A DNA stretch of 50,022 nucleotides, the filler included, from Stramenopiles sp. TOSAG23-3 (taxonomy: Eukaryota): the NCBI GenBank assembly GCA_900128585.1. It is 4 parts of 4 records of this genome, joined end to end, with 100 filler letters (N's around TTAATTAATTAA, not from the genome) between each part and the next. Parts side by side here need not be neighbours in the genome. Positions count along the whole stretch, not along the records: positions 22,989 to 45,826 come from LT642325.1; 3 more parts are not named here. The stretch is one strand, 5' to 3'. A program made the position numbers and the translations under genes. The notes under the pieces were generated by a model. That model made no database searches and had not been told where the DNA came from. It worked only from the letters and a program-made list of their open reading frames with translations. This document shows, piece after piece, positions 30,110 to 39,150 of this stretch (position 1 is its first letter; each line of letters opens with the position of its first letter).

Positions 30110-33100
30110 ATGTTTCGAGAGTCCGAGGTGTTTTCCTCTTCGTTGGTATCGCGAGGAAAGATCAGAGTCTTGGTCTTGCCCGTTGGGAAAATTCCAAGCG
30201 AAACCTTTGACCACTACTTTAAAATATTGTGTAAATTTTCCTGCATACCGTTGCAACTGCTCGTTCCCCCGAAACTGACCGAAGATACGAAAGACAGTGT
30301 ATTTCAATACCAGTCTTGGTCATACGGCGCTGTGTACTTTGAGTTTGTAAATGGGTACAAGGCGAAGGGCTTGGCGTCTGCAAAAAACGATTCTCTTCCT
30401 TTGCTGACCGACTTGCACTTGTATAAATCCACCCTCGCTGTTTTTGGTATATGCCATTGTCCATCTACAGGAGATTTGGCAAAAACGTTTGGCAATTTTT
30501 TGATAGAAGCCGACCGAAAGGCCCCAAAATCGATACTGCGGCACTGCTTTGCGTTTGACGTGACAGACACCCAACTCGCAGAACCAGGGAAGTTCTCGGG
30601 TTTGGAAGACTTCACGATTTTTGTTGCCGACCGCAACTCTTCTGATGGTGCGGGGTCGATATTGGAAATGCAAATGCAGGTTGATCTTGGCGATATATGC
30701 ACCCGGCTGATTCATTCTTTGAGCAAAATGGTAGAAGATGGGCTAAATGGGAAGTCCTCTCCTACCTTGCGGAACGGCATGGATGCACAACTGGCCAAAG
30801 AGGACGCCATCATGAGAAATAAACAGAAGAAGAAATGGGAACTGCGCCACCAGGCGCGGTTGAGGAAATGGGCGGGGGATTTTTGTCTTTTAGCTGCCGC
30901 ACCAACCGATGCTTTGCAGCATTATACAATGGCACTCAGTATGATGAAGCAAAACGGGAAGCCTGTCGACCACCTGTGGTACGCGTCTGCACATGAAGGA
31001 CACGCAGCAGCCACGGTCATGGCGACGATAGAGGCCCTGGACACGTTCTCTTCTGTTGTTGCTGTAGCTGTTGGAGCGGTGGATATTATGAATAAATCAA
31101 AATTGCCGTTCCAAGTTGATGTGAAAAAAAACTGCCTCGAAGCATGCCAACATTTTCGTATGAATGGCGCCGTAGAATTAGAACTAAGTGCAATTCTTAA
31201 ATTATGCAGGTATTATACGAGGTTGCAGATTCCGAAAGCTTTTGACGCCATGAAACTGATAAACGAAGATGCCCACAAAGCGTTGCACAAATTGCGTACT
31301 TCGGGAAAAGTCTGTTTCTTGGTCGAGGTGTGCTTGTTATGCGAGCGACTGGGAATGCGCCGAAAATTTGCATATTACAGCCACAAACTATCTATATTAT
31401 ATGCTACGTTGATGAATTGGAACACTGCTCAAAGTTTTGCTCACTTATCGGGGCAGGCGTATAACATCCCTGGCTGCTCCAAGCAGCCGAATAGATCTGG
31501 ACAATTCGAGGATATTGGGGCAAGAACAGATAATAGTGTAGGCGGGTCTTTAAATCATACTAATCTCTCTGTAGAAACACACAAAGGGAATGTGGCGGCT
31601 TTGGATTCCGAAACAATTGATACTTGGCCACGGATAAGTAGGCAACATTTGTTAGAGCTGTTTCAGCTGGCAAAGTTGACCGACAATCACGACCTTGCGA
31701 CTGTTTTTGCGGTCGAAACTTTGCGTGCTTTGCAAAATTGCACTACGAAGAGCTTGACAAATAGAATTCCCAACGGCGACGGTTCATCTCCACAGCTTGT
31801 CCACCCAGAAAATCGTTTGAGCAGAGCAGAATCTGCCAAGACGCCACCAAAGGAAGCTCGCATAAAGAAAATCCTGAAGGCAAAGCTAGAGGTCGAAGAC
31901 TTGTTCGGACTTAGTGGTTCCAGCAGACGAGGAAGAAATAAAAATGTGAAACAAAGCCCGTCTTCGCCGTCTTCACAAACAAGACCAAAATCGCCCGGAA
32001 ATCAATCTCCGTCTCGAAGTGTGACAGGTAACGGGACTGACATTTCGTCATGGGCGCTGCCCAACAGTATTTATGATGCACAACGTGCCATTGCCAAGAA
32101 TTTAAGCGTTATCACCGGCGGTCTGATGCCAGATGTGAATGTAAACATGTCGAACATTCCAAAACTGGTTTCAATCGAAGCGCTGCCCCTAAAGAGCTCC
32201 TTGCGCCACTACCGAAACGAAGACGAGCAAGATGCGAACAAAATGGGCGCGCATGGTACAAAAATATACTACGACCCATTTGCAAAAATCGAAAAAAAAG
32301 CGAAACAAATCGAATGGATTGAACAGGAAATAGCGGAGGTAAAAGTTACGCTGGAAAATTCTTTGTTAATTCCCGTCCACGTTCAGCACATAGCGATGGT
32401 ATCCCCAGGCAACGGCCAAAACATCGAAGCGTATGGCCAATCTGTTTATATTCCTGCAAAAACGACACAAAGCGTCATTTTAACTTTAAAGCCTTTGTCT
32501 AAAGGGCGTTTGGTTCTCGATCGGGTATCCGTCACTATGTTTAACCTACGGTGGGTTCACACCGTGGCTTCGTCCGTAGACACCTCTGTCAGAAAAGAAC
32601 TTGCGACAAGAGAAGCTTTAAGCTGTTACACGGTCGATGTGCTTCCGAAACTACCCATGTTGATGGTCCGAGATGTAAGATCCCAAACGCACCAACGTTC
32701 ACGCATCAGTGGGAGTAATGTCACAAGCCTTTCTTTGCTTGACGGGCAAGTTCACAAACATAATTTGCTAATTCAAAACACAGGATCTGTACCAGTTGCG
32801 TACATAAAACTCCAACTCACACTGAAGAGGCGAAAATTGACGTCGTACGACGAAAATTTGTCAATAAAAACATCTCAAACAGAATTGATGCCAAACCAAT
32901 CGAAACAAATAATGGTATTTTCTTCGGCGGACCCAGGAAGCTTCCAAGAATACCTGGACAAATGCGGTAACGACGAAGTGTTTTCGTTTGATCAAAATCT
33001 TTTTACTTCGCTCCAGGAAAAACTGCCATTGAAACCAGGGGATAAAACATATTTGCCAGTCACCATAGATGCCCAACGCGATACCCCACTTGCTGAACTG

Positions 33101-34354
33101 AGCTTAGAATACGGCCAGGAAGAGAAAGCCGACGTGTACCGGAAGATCAATATGCCGTTTAAAATGGTCACCACGCGCAGCGTGGAAATTGTTTCGATTA
33201 ATATTGTTCCGTTTGAAGATGGGGTTGCAGCATTTCGAAGAGACGGCTACGATATTTGTGAATCTTTCGATTTCGTTGTTGTTCTATTAATTAACAACCC
33301 GACAAAACGGTCGTTTGAAATAACTTGCTTTGGAAATCAAGGAAATAGCAAAGATTCGGCCAGCCTTGTCTCCGGCGAAGAAGACCTGGCTCCGACTGCC
33401 GGTGGTGGGGGGCAGCCCATACAGCAGAGGTCTCAGTCTTCGCCGTTAGACTCGGGGGATAAATTTCAAACGCCACTCCTTGTTCGTTCCTCTTCGCTTC
33501 ATGTGCCATCACCTGGAAAGAGCGACGATATGACCTATAGGCTTTTCGCTACGTCCTTAGAAGCAGGAGAGGCCCAACGCATATCAGTCCCTGTGAAAAA
33601 GATGAAGAATCCACTTCATTTTGTACATGACACTGCAAATGTTCGCACCGTAAAAGCGCTCCGAAATTCATGCTTGGCTTATCTCGAGAAGAACATACGA
33701 TTGATGTGGAAATCTTCCAGTGGTACGATTGGGTCTCTATCCTTACGCCCCGTTTGTAACTCGATGCCTCCTTCACTGTGCATGCGTATGGTCCGTTCGT
33801 CTCTCTCGATGTCGTGGGAAATCCAAGGAGGTAACGGTGGTAATGAAAAGTTAAGTCCAGGACCTAATTTTGTAACGGGAAAAGAGGGAGATACTTTAAG
33901 AAACAATAATCTTGGCAATTTTGTTAATCGGACGTACCCTTCCCCGATTAAATTATCGTCAAGTTTGGCCACTGTATATGGAGACAAAGGAGGCGACGGT
34001 GCGCAAGGGGAGCCATGGTCAACACCTGTCGGGTCCCCCGTTCGGCTTGATGTCTCAATTAAAAACCTTGAGCATTTTCGGATTTCAGCATCCTGCAAAT
34101 TACGGGTGTATAAAGCTGATCACAAAGTTTCACGTGCAAAATTATTAAATGACTCTCTTGTGGAATCGTACATGCTGTGCAGTGGATCTGTGAAGTCATG
34201 TCCACACACATTTGAGTCGTTCGGGTCCAGTATCACACGGAATTTTGAAGTTATTTTTCTTAAACCAGGGCGTTTTAAATTGTGCCTTGAGTGTGACGGG
34301 GATCGTGGAAAATGGTTGAGTGTTCTGAGCAGGGTTATTTATATATCCGGATAA
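30110..34354 (+). CDS. TRAPPC9: Trafficking protein particle complex subunit 9 / Trs120
   Basis: IRVLVLPVGKI N-terminus, RLRKWAGDFCLLA...DALQHY, DHLWYASAHEG, LGMRRKFAYY, YYDPF followed by Ig-like VTLENSL domains. First ATG is at 30110 (the ORF track starts at GTG 30002). Confidence 0.9.
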   Translation: MFRESEVFSSSLVSRGKIRVLVLPVGKIPSETFDHYFKILCKFSCIPLQLLVPPKLTEDTKDSVFQYQSWSYGAVYFEFVNGYKAKGLASAKNDSLPLLTDLHLYKSTLAVFGICHCPSTGDLAKTFGNFLIEADRKAPKSILRHCFAFDVTDTQLAEPGKFSGLEDFTIFVADRNSSDGAGSILEMQMQVDLGDICTRLIHSLSKMVEDGLNGKSSPTLRNGMDAQLAKEDAIMRNKQKKKWELRHQARLRKWAGDFCLLAAAPTDALQHYTMALSMMKQNGKPVDHLWYASAHEGHAAATVMATIEALDTFSSVVAVAVGAVDIMNKSKLPFQVDVKKNCLEACQHFRMNGAVELELSAILKLCRYYTRLQIPKAFDAMKLINEDAHKALHKLRTSGKVCFLVEVCLLCERLGMRRKFAYYSHKLSILYATLMNWNTAQSFAHLSGQAYNIPGCSKQPNRSGQFEDIGARTDNSVGGSLNHTNLSVETHKGNVAALDSETIDTWPRISRQHLLELFQLAKLTDNHDLATVFAVETLRALQNCTTKSLTNRIPNGDGSSPQLVHPENRLSRAESAKTPPKEARIKKILKAKLEVEDLFGLSGSSRRGRNKNVKQSPSSPSSQTRPKSPGNQSPSRSVTGNGTDISSWALPNSIYDAQRAIAKNLSVITGGLMPDVNVNMSNIPKLVSIEALPLKSSLRHYRNEDEQDANKMGAHGTKIYYDPFAKIEKKAKQIEWIEQEIAEVKVTLENSLLIPVHVQHIAMVSPGNGQNIEAYGQSVYIPAKTTQSVILTLKPLSKGRLVLDRVSVTMFNLRWVHTVASSVDTSVRKELATREALSCYTVDVLPKLPMLMVRDVRSQTHQRSRISGSNVTSLSLLDGQVHKHNLLIQNTGSVPVAYIKLQLTLKRRKLTSYDENLSIKTSQTELMPNQSKQIMVFSSADPGSFQEYLDKCGNDEVFSFDQNLFTSLQEKLPLKPGDKTYLPVTIDAQRDTPLAELSLEYGQEEKADVYRKINMPFKMVTTRSVEIVSINIVPFEDGVAAFRRDGYDICESFDFVVVLLINNPTKRSFEITCFGNQGNSKDSASLVSGEEDLAPTAGGGGQPIQQRSQSSPLDSGDKFQTPLLVRSSSLHVPSPGKSDDMTYRLFATSLEAGEAQRISVPVKKMKNPLHFVHDTANVRTVKALRNSCLAYLEKNIRLMWKSSSGTIGSLSLRPVCNSMPPSLCMRMVRSSLSMSWEIQGGNGGNEKLSPGPNFVTGKEGDTLRNNNLGNFVNRTYPSPIKLSSSLATVYGDKGGDGAQGEPWSTPVGSPVRLDVSIKNLEHFRISASCKLRVYKADHKVSRAKLLNDSLVESYMLCSGSVKSCPHTFESFGSSITRNFEVIFLKPGRFKLCLECDGDRGKWLSVLSRVIYISG

Positions 34355-34430
34355 TTAATAAAAAAATAATCTTTACACTGATCTTATAAAACAGATGTGG
34401 CAACTGACAAGTTTTATGATATTAGATCTT

Positions 34431-34712
34431 TAAAACCAAAAAATTTGGCTATTTTTATATTTTAAGTAATTTTAAAATTTATCTCTTCTTCATATACCGC
34501 GAAAGTGAATCTGCTCCTTTTGCCCAATAAAGGTTTACGTTCCTTCATAATACTGCAAACTTATCTCTGCTCCTGAGATTTTACTAATCAATATACCCTT
34601 GTCACTTGGTCTTGACTATCATTCTCATGTGAACTCCATGCATGATCCGAATCGGTATGTGGATTTGCGTGGATGTCAAATGACCCGTAGTCAACTTCCT
34701 CATCCGATGCTT
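34431..34712. repeat. Dispersed repeat family, copy A (possible degenerate mobile-element end)
   Basis: Shares blocks with 44252-44660 and 47073-47112, e.g. TGAATCTGCTCCTTTTG, ATATACCCTTGTCACTT, ACTCCATGCATGATC.GAATCGGTA.GTGGATT and AACTTCCTC. Confidence 0.8.
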
Positions 34713-35088
34713 CCTTGGTAAACGAATAAGTCCTTGTGTGATTTTCCAAGCGGGTGCGTTAATGTTTTGAAGGTGCTCGTTGTCTGGTTTGGATCTTCAA
34801 AAACAATTAAAAAAGAGTTTAGTTCATATCACCGATATCAATTAAGAGTATGCTATAAAAATATAAGTAACACTTATTTATACTGTGTAAGTAACACTAT
34901 AATTTTTTTTCAATCTAGAAGACATACTATATCACATTAGTTTTTTTTTTGATTAAAACGTACTAGATGCATATTTGGTTTTTCAATATCACCTGACACA
35001 TACTATATATTTTGTTTTTCACCTGACACATTATACTGATGTGAGTAAACTCTTGTGTTTACACCTTTTATCATAGCGTACTTATTTT

Positions 35089-36249
35089 TCAAGCAATCTT
35101 CTTTTTGCAGCAGAACACAAGACGAAGAAATGTGTAGATTTGGTCAAAGAGAGAGACTTCCTCTTTAACGGCAACAGGCACGTCGTCTTTATCTTCGTAC
35201 AAAGAAACGCCGTCTTTTTTCATTATTCCACCAAAAATTTGTTTTTCATTTTTCTTTGCGTCCATAATCCTTTTCTTTACTGCCACATACTCTCTCCGAA
35301 TCCCTTTATCCTTCGGCAGTAATTCATGAGCACGGTAAAAATTATCTTTGGCCATTTTCTCTTTCCGTAACATTAGATAGCCTTTTCCCTGCCGGTATAG
35401 AGCTTTTGCTAACATAGTCTTCTGTTCTTCGGCTTCGGAGTTTGGTATAAGACTTTTCATGGACTCAAGAATGTCGATTGCCTTCGAACACTTCTTTACG
35501 ACATCCGCAGCAATTTCATTTTTATTAATCTTGCTTTTGCCCTTATTGCCTCGGGAGATATCGAATCGTTTCAATTTACAGCTCACAAAATTTAGAATAC
35601 CTCGAACTATTAACTTTCGACCAAGCATAACTCCATCATCTGTGTGCAATGGACTTTCATCATGACGAATGTGCTTGATCGCTTGTAGAGCTTCTAAAGC
35701 TTTTAAGTACCTCTGCTCACTTTTTTCTAACTCCCCTTGCCGAAAACAGCTGGTGCCTTCAAGCAGCAACTTCTCTCCTTGCTCACAGATTTCCGAGGTC
35801 GACATAAAAGTAACATCCTTGTCTATGCTGACCACCTCCAGATTGTATGCTACTGTGGTGCCTGGGGGGACTATATGGCCCGGTCGGTTAGGATGTTTAA
35901 CCCCAGCTTCGCCAAACGCATACTTTGATGTCAAATAAAGCATAGCACTTTCCCCCACCTTCATTGTTCGGATAGCTATATCCCACCCCAGAGGTCGAAT
36001 CATTCCGTCTGCTAGTTGCAAAAATTTAGGACCCCGGTCTCCTAGTTTAAATTTGTACCCACCGTCCAGGTGCTTCCGACTAGAGTCAAAAAGAACGCCA
36101 TCCTTCCCATGACTTGCAACGTATTGAACAGACACAAAGTCGCCATCTTTTGGACAAGGCCCTTTACCAGGGCTTGTCAGCACTTTGACAACCCCTCCGT
36201 CACCAGACAGGTCCTGGCGCTTCCGCTCAGATTCCGGTATTAAGGGCAT
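35089..36249 (-). CDS. FKBP-type peptidyl-prolyl isomerase with TPR domain (Hsp90 co-chaperone type)
   Basis: DGGVVK, VQY, FDSSR, GWDIAIRTMKVGE, YAFG and VPPGTT FKBP motifs. TPR region with KALYRQGKGY. First ATG is at 36249. Confidence 0.9.
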   Translation of the reverse strand: MPLIPESERKRQDLSGDGGVVKVLTSPGKGPCPKDGDFVSVQYVASHGKDGVLFDSSRKHLDGGYKFKLGDRGPKFLQLADGMIRPLGWDIAIRTMKVGESAMLYLTSKYAFGEAGVKHPNRPGHIVPPGTTVAYNLEVVSIDKDVTFMSTSEICEQGEKLLLEGTSCFRQGELEKSEQRYLKALEALQAIKHIRHDESPLHTDDGVMLGRKLIVRGILNFVSCKLKRFDISRGNKGKSKINKNEIAADVVKKCSKAIDILESMKSLIPNSEAEEQKTMLAKALYRQGKGYLMLRKEKMAKDNFYRAHELLPKDKGIRREYVAVKKRIMDAKKNEKQIFGGIMKKDGVSLYEDKDDVPVAVKEEVSLFDQIYTFLRLVFCCKKKIA

Positions 36250-36713
36250 GAGAGTCACACGCGCAACTCTTGGCTTGGTTTTACAGTCACTATTTTACTG
36301 TTGCATTCAGAAAAAAATTGTTGTCTTCGTGGATTTCGTTAAACTGCGCAATTATAAATAGCTATTTTCGTTTCAATACAACGAAGAAGAACAACCGACG
36401 AGTGGTGACTAGTAGTTTTATTGTTGTTTGGAGGTTGATGTGTTTGTTGTTATTATTTTTTTATTTTTAGTAGTAGTAGTAGCGTTTTTTTATAATACAG
36501 GTACAGGTACCGGTACCGGTAGTAGTAGTACGCAGTTGTTGGAAAAATGTTTATAATAATCTCCTCCTCTTCTTTCTCGGAAGAAATTTGTTGTTCCGTA
36601 TACTACTACCGTACCCGTCCCCGTACGAACTTGGAACATCATCCTCATAAAAAAACTTGAAAGATATGTAATAAATTATTACGCGTAAATTGCTGCCGTC
36701 CCTCTTTCATTTC

Positions 36714-38531
36714 CTATTTACCCAGCAGACAATTTCGAACAACCTGGTTTGTTAGATCACTTGGAACTTTCATCATGCCAAGGATTGACTCTAGCGTTTG
36801 CCCGCCCTCTTCATTGCACAAATCCAGTGCATCAAGGATGTCTTCGAAAAGAGAGGAAAACGAGTCCAGCACCTGTAGTGTTTTCGAGACATCAATTACA
36901 ATTTTACCTTCCGCGTCAAATGATAAGAAGCCCTCTTTAAAATAAACATTGTACGCATGTATCTGGAAGACGATGTACGGCTGCAAAGAAATCGTGTTAA
37001 ATTTCATAAAGTACCGAACGCCATCAAGGCAAAAATGGGTGACATGCTTCTGCAATTCTTCCAAAGAAAGCATCTTCTCTTTAAATAGGAGGCGAAGGGT
37101 GAACATGGCAGTCAGTTCTGCCCGAGGTTCTTCGAGCATCATGTTCGTCTCTTTTCGAATATACTTTTTAATCGACCTGATCCCATAGATGGCGTGACCA
37201 ACCTCGTGGGCAGCAACGTGCCAAACCAATTGCTCCACGGCGTCGGGTTTAAATTTTTCAATGACACTTCGTTGTGCATCCGCGTATATCGACAGAACCT
37301 TTTCCTTTACCTGTTCTACCCTGGCCATGGTTTCAATCGCATCGAAGTAAATTTTAACGCCCTTTTCCTTTTTTACGTCAAGGCGATTGGGAATGCTCTG
37401 TCCGCTGTACGAAAACACAAGGCTGCAGCCTGTTTTGAAGGGAATATAATAAATTCCTGCCATGGTATTTCCTAACGCAGTCAAACCGTCTGCACTCAAC
37501 CGGGTATCACGCGATCTGTAGTATTTGCATATCAAGGCATGAATTTGTTGAATCGTTCCGTTTTGAGAGTCATAAGTTTCATCTAAGAAACGAAGGGAAA
37601 AATCAGGACCCTGCTTGGCTCTCAATGGGTCACTGTACCCGTCTTCAATGTCGTGGACTACTTGGATTGTCGCTTTGGTATCCATCCATAACCGGTCGCA
37701 CAAATTCCACTGCTTCTCAAGGTTGTTTATATCCGTTTCAGCTAATGCAGCACGGTACTGGGCAAGATAAGCAACCATTGCGGTGTTGTTCGCATCTGCA
37801 TCCTTGTCTTCGCAGGCTGATAATGCATCCACTGCGTCTTGAAACGTGGCAATGACTGGGCGTAACGTATCCGCGAAAAACGTGCCGTAGGGCTCTACCA
37901 AGAAGTCATACCCTTCGCCCGCGTCTGATCCGCATGCACGTATAATGGTATACGGGGATAAAAATAATTCCTCCCCGATTTTTTCACGGCTTTGCTGCGT
38001 TCGCACTGAGTCTTTGTCTTTGATGGCCGCTGCAAATGTTGGATCCTGTACCGCTTTCATCCAGCTCAAATAGTAGTCGTCGTACGCGTTGCTGATGAAT
38101 GCGCTGTGTATAATTAGTGTTTTTTCAAATGCTGTGAACCCACTGGGGCAATCTTGCAGAACGATAGCAATTAACCGGCGGCAAACGGACTGGGATAGGC
38201 ATTTGTAGCGTAGTACTTCAAAAAATAAATCTGAGCCGTCCTTCACGCCAGTAAAGTTCGACTGAAAGGCCACCCGTAGAATTAATTGTTTTTTTGCATC
38301 ATCCAGGGCCGTATCCCCTTCAATGTACTGTTTGAATGCGGCCGCAGACATTGAATCAAGTTGTTTCAGCAACTTGACGCGCTGGAGAGCTTTATCCTCA
38401 TTGCTCACAGAAATACTGGATATGATTTTTGAAGCTTCCGAATTGAACCAAGCCCGAAGTGCACGGTCATATTTTGGGCGCTCTGGCGTGAAAAGCTGGG
38501 CGGCTTCAGGGGCACTGGTAGAGGAGGACAT
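36714..38531 (-). CDS. Zinc-dependent metallopeptidase, CiaB-like / M49 (DPP III)-related
   Basis: HEVGH (37194-37208) followed by LEEPRAE (37116-37133), plus GQSIPN...VKKEKGVKI and WMDTK...QVVHDIE..YSDPLR motifs. Confidence 0.75.
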   Translation of the reverse strand: MSSSTSAPEAAQLFTPERPKYDRALRAWFNSEASKIISSISVSNEDKALQRVKLLKQLDSMSAAAFKQYIEGDTALDDAKKQLILRVAFQSNFTGVKDGSDLFFEVLRYKCLSQSVCRRLIAIVLQDCPSGFTAFEKTLIIHSAFISNAYDDYYLSWMKAVQDPTFAAAIKDKDSVRTQQSREKIGEELFLSPYTIIRACGSDAGEGYDFLVEPYGTFFADTLRPVIATFQDAVDALSACEDKDADANNTAMVAYLAQYRAALAETDINNLEKQWNLCDRLWMDTKATIQVVHDIEDGYSDPLRAKQGPDFSLRFLDETYDSQNGTIQQIHALICKYYRSRDTRLSADGLTALGNTMAGIYYIPFKTGCSLVFSYSGQSIPNRLDVKKEKGVKIYFDAIETMARVEQVKEKVLSIYADAQRSVIEKFKPDAVEQLVWHVAAHEVGHAIYGIRSIKKYIRKETNMMLEEPRAELTAMFTLRLLFKEKMLSLEELQKHVTHFCLDGVRYFMKFNTISLQPYIVFQIHAYNVYFKEGFLSFDAEGKIVIDVSKTLQVLDSFSSLFEDILDALDLCNEEGGQTLESILGMMKVPSDLTNQVVRNCLLGK

Positions 38532-39150
38532 TTGGTGTTAATTTTGAAATAGCAGATGATATAGAAAGTTATTTTCTTTTATCTCAATGCGCTCTTGGTT
38601 TACAATGCATAAAAAATATGCTCCTCTGCAGTCTAATTAGTATACAGGTACATGATTCAAAACTGGGCGTGGGGAGGGTGGTGTGATGAATAGTGAACGG
38701 GAAGTGGTGGTGGTGGTGAACAAAAAATAAATAAAAATAAAACGAAGTATGTATAGTATATGTTGTAGTATGTAGTAGGAGGACGGACTAATAGTCTCTA
38801 ATAATAATAATAATAGGGAAGAAGAATGGTTGATGGTGTTGTGCGTTGTTTGTTGTTGTTGTTGAATTAAAATAAATATTTTTTAGTTATTATTATTATT
38901 GAATTTGGGAATATACGAGTATATAAATAATAATATTTTTATTGTACAGCAGCAGCAGCAGCAGCAGTAGGTATTATTAATAAAATTATAAGTTGTGTCT
39001 ACTTCTAAATAATAAATTATACTTGAATAATAATAATTAAAAAAATATTGAATAATAATAATAAAATTTGAACTCGTAGAACGACTACTATAATATATAT
39101 ATTATACGAGTTTTCAGGGAGGAAGAATCATTAATTATTAAATTATCCTC

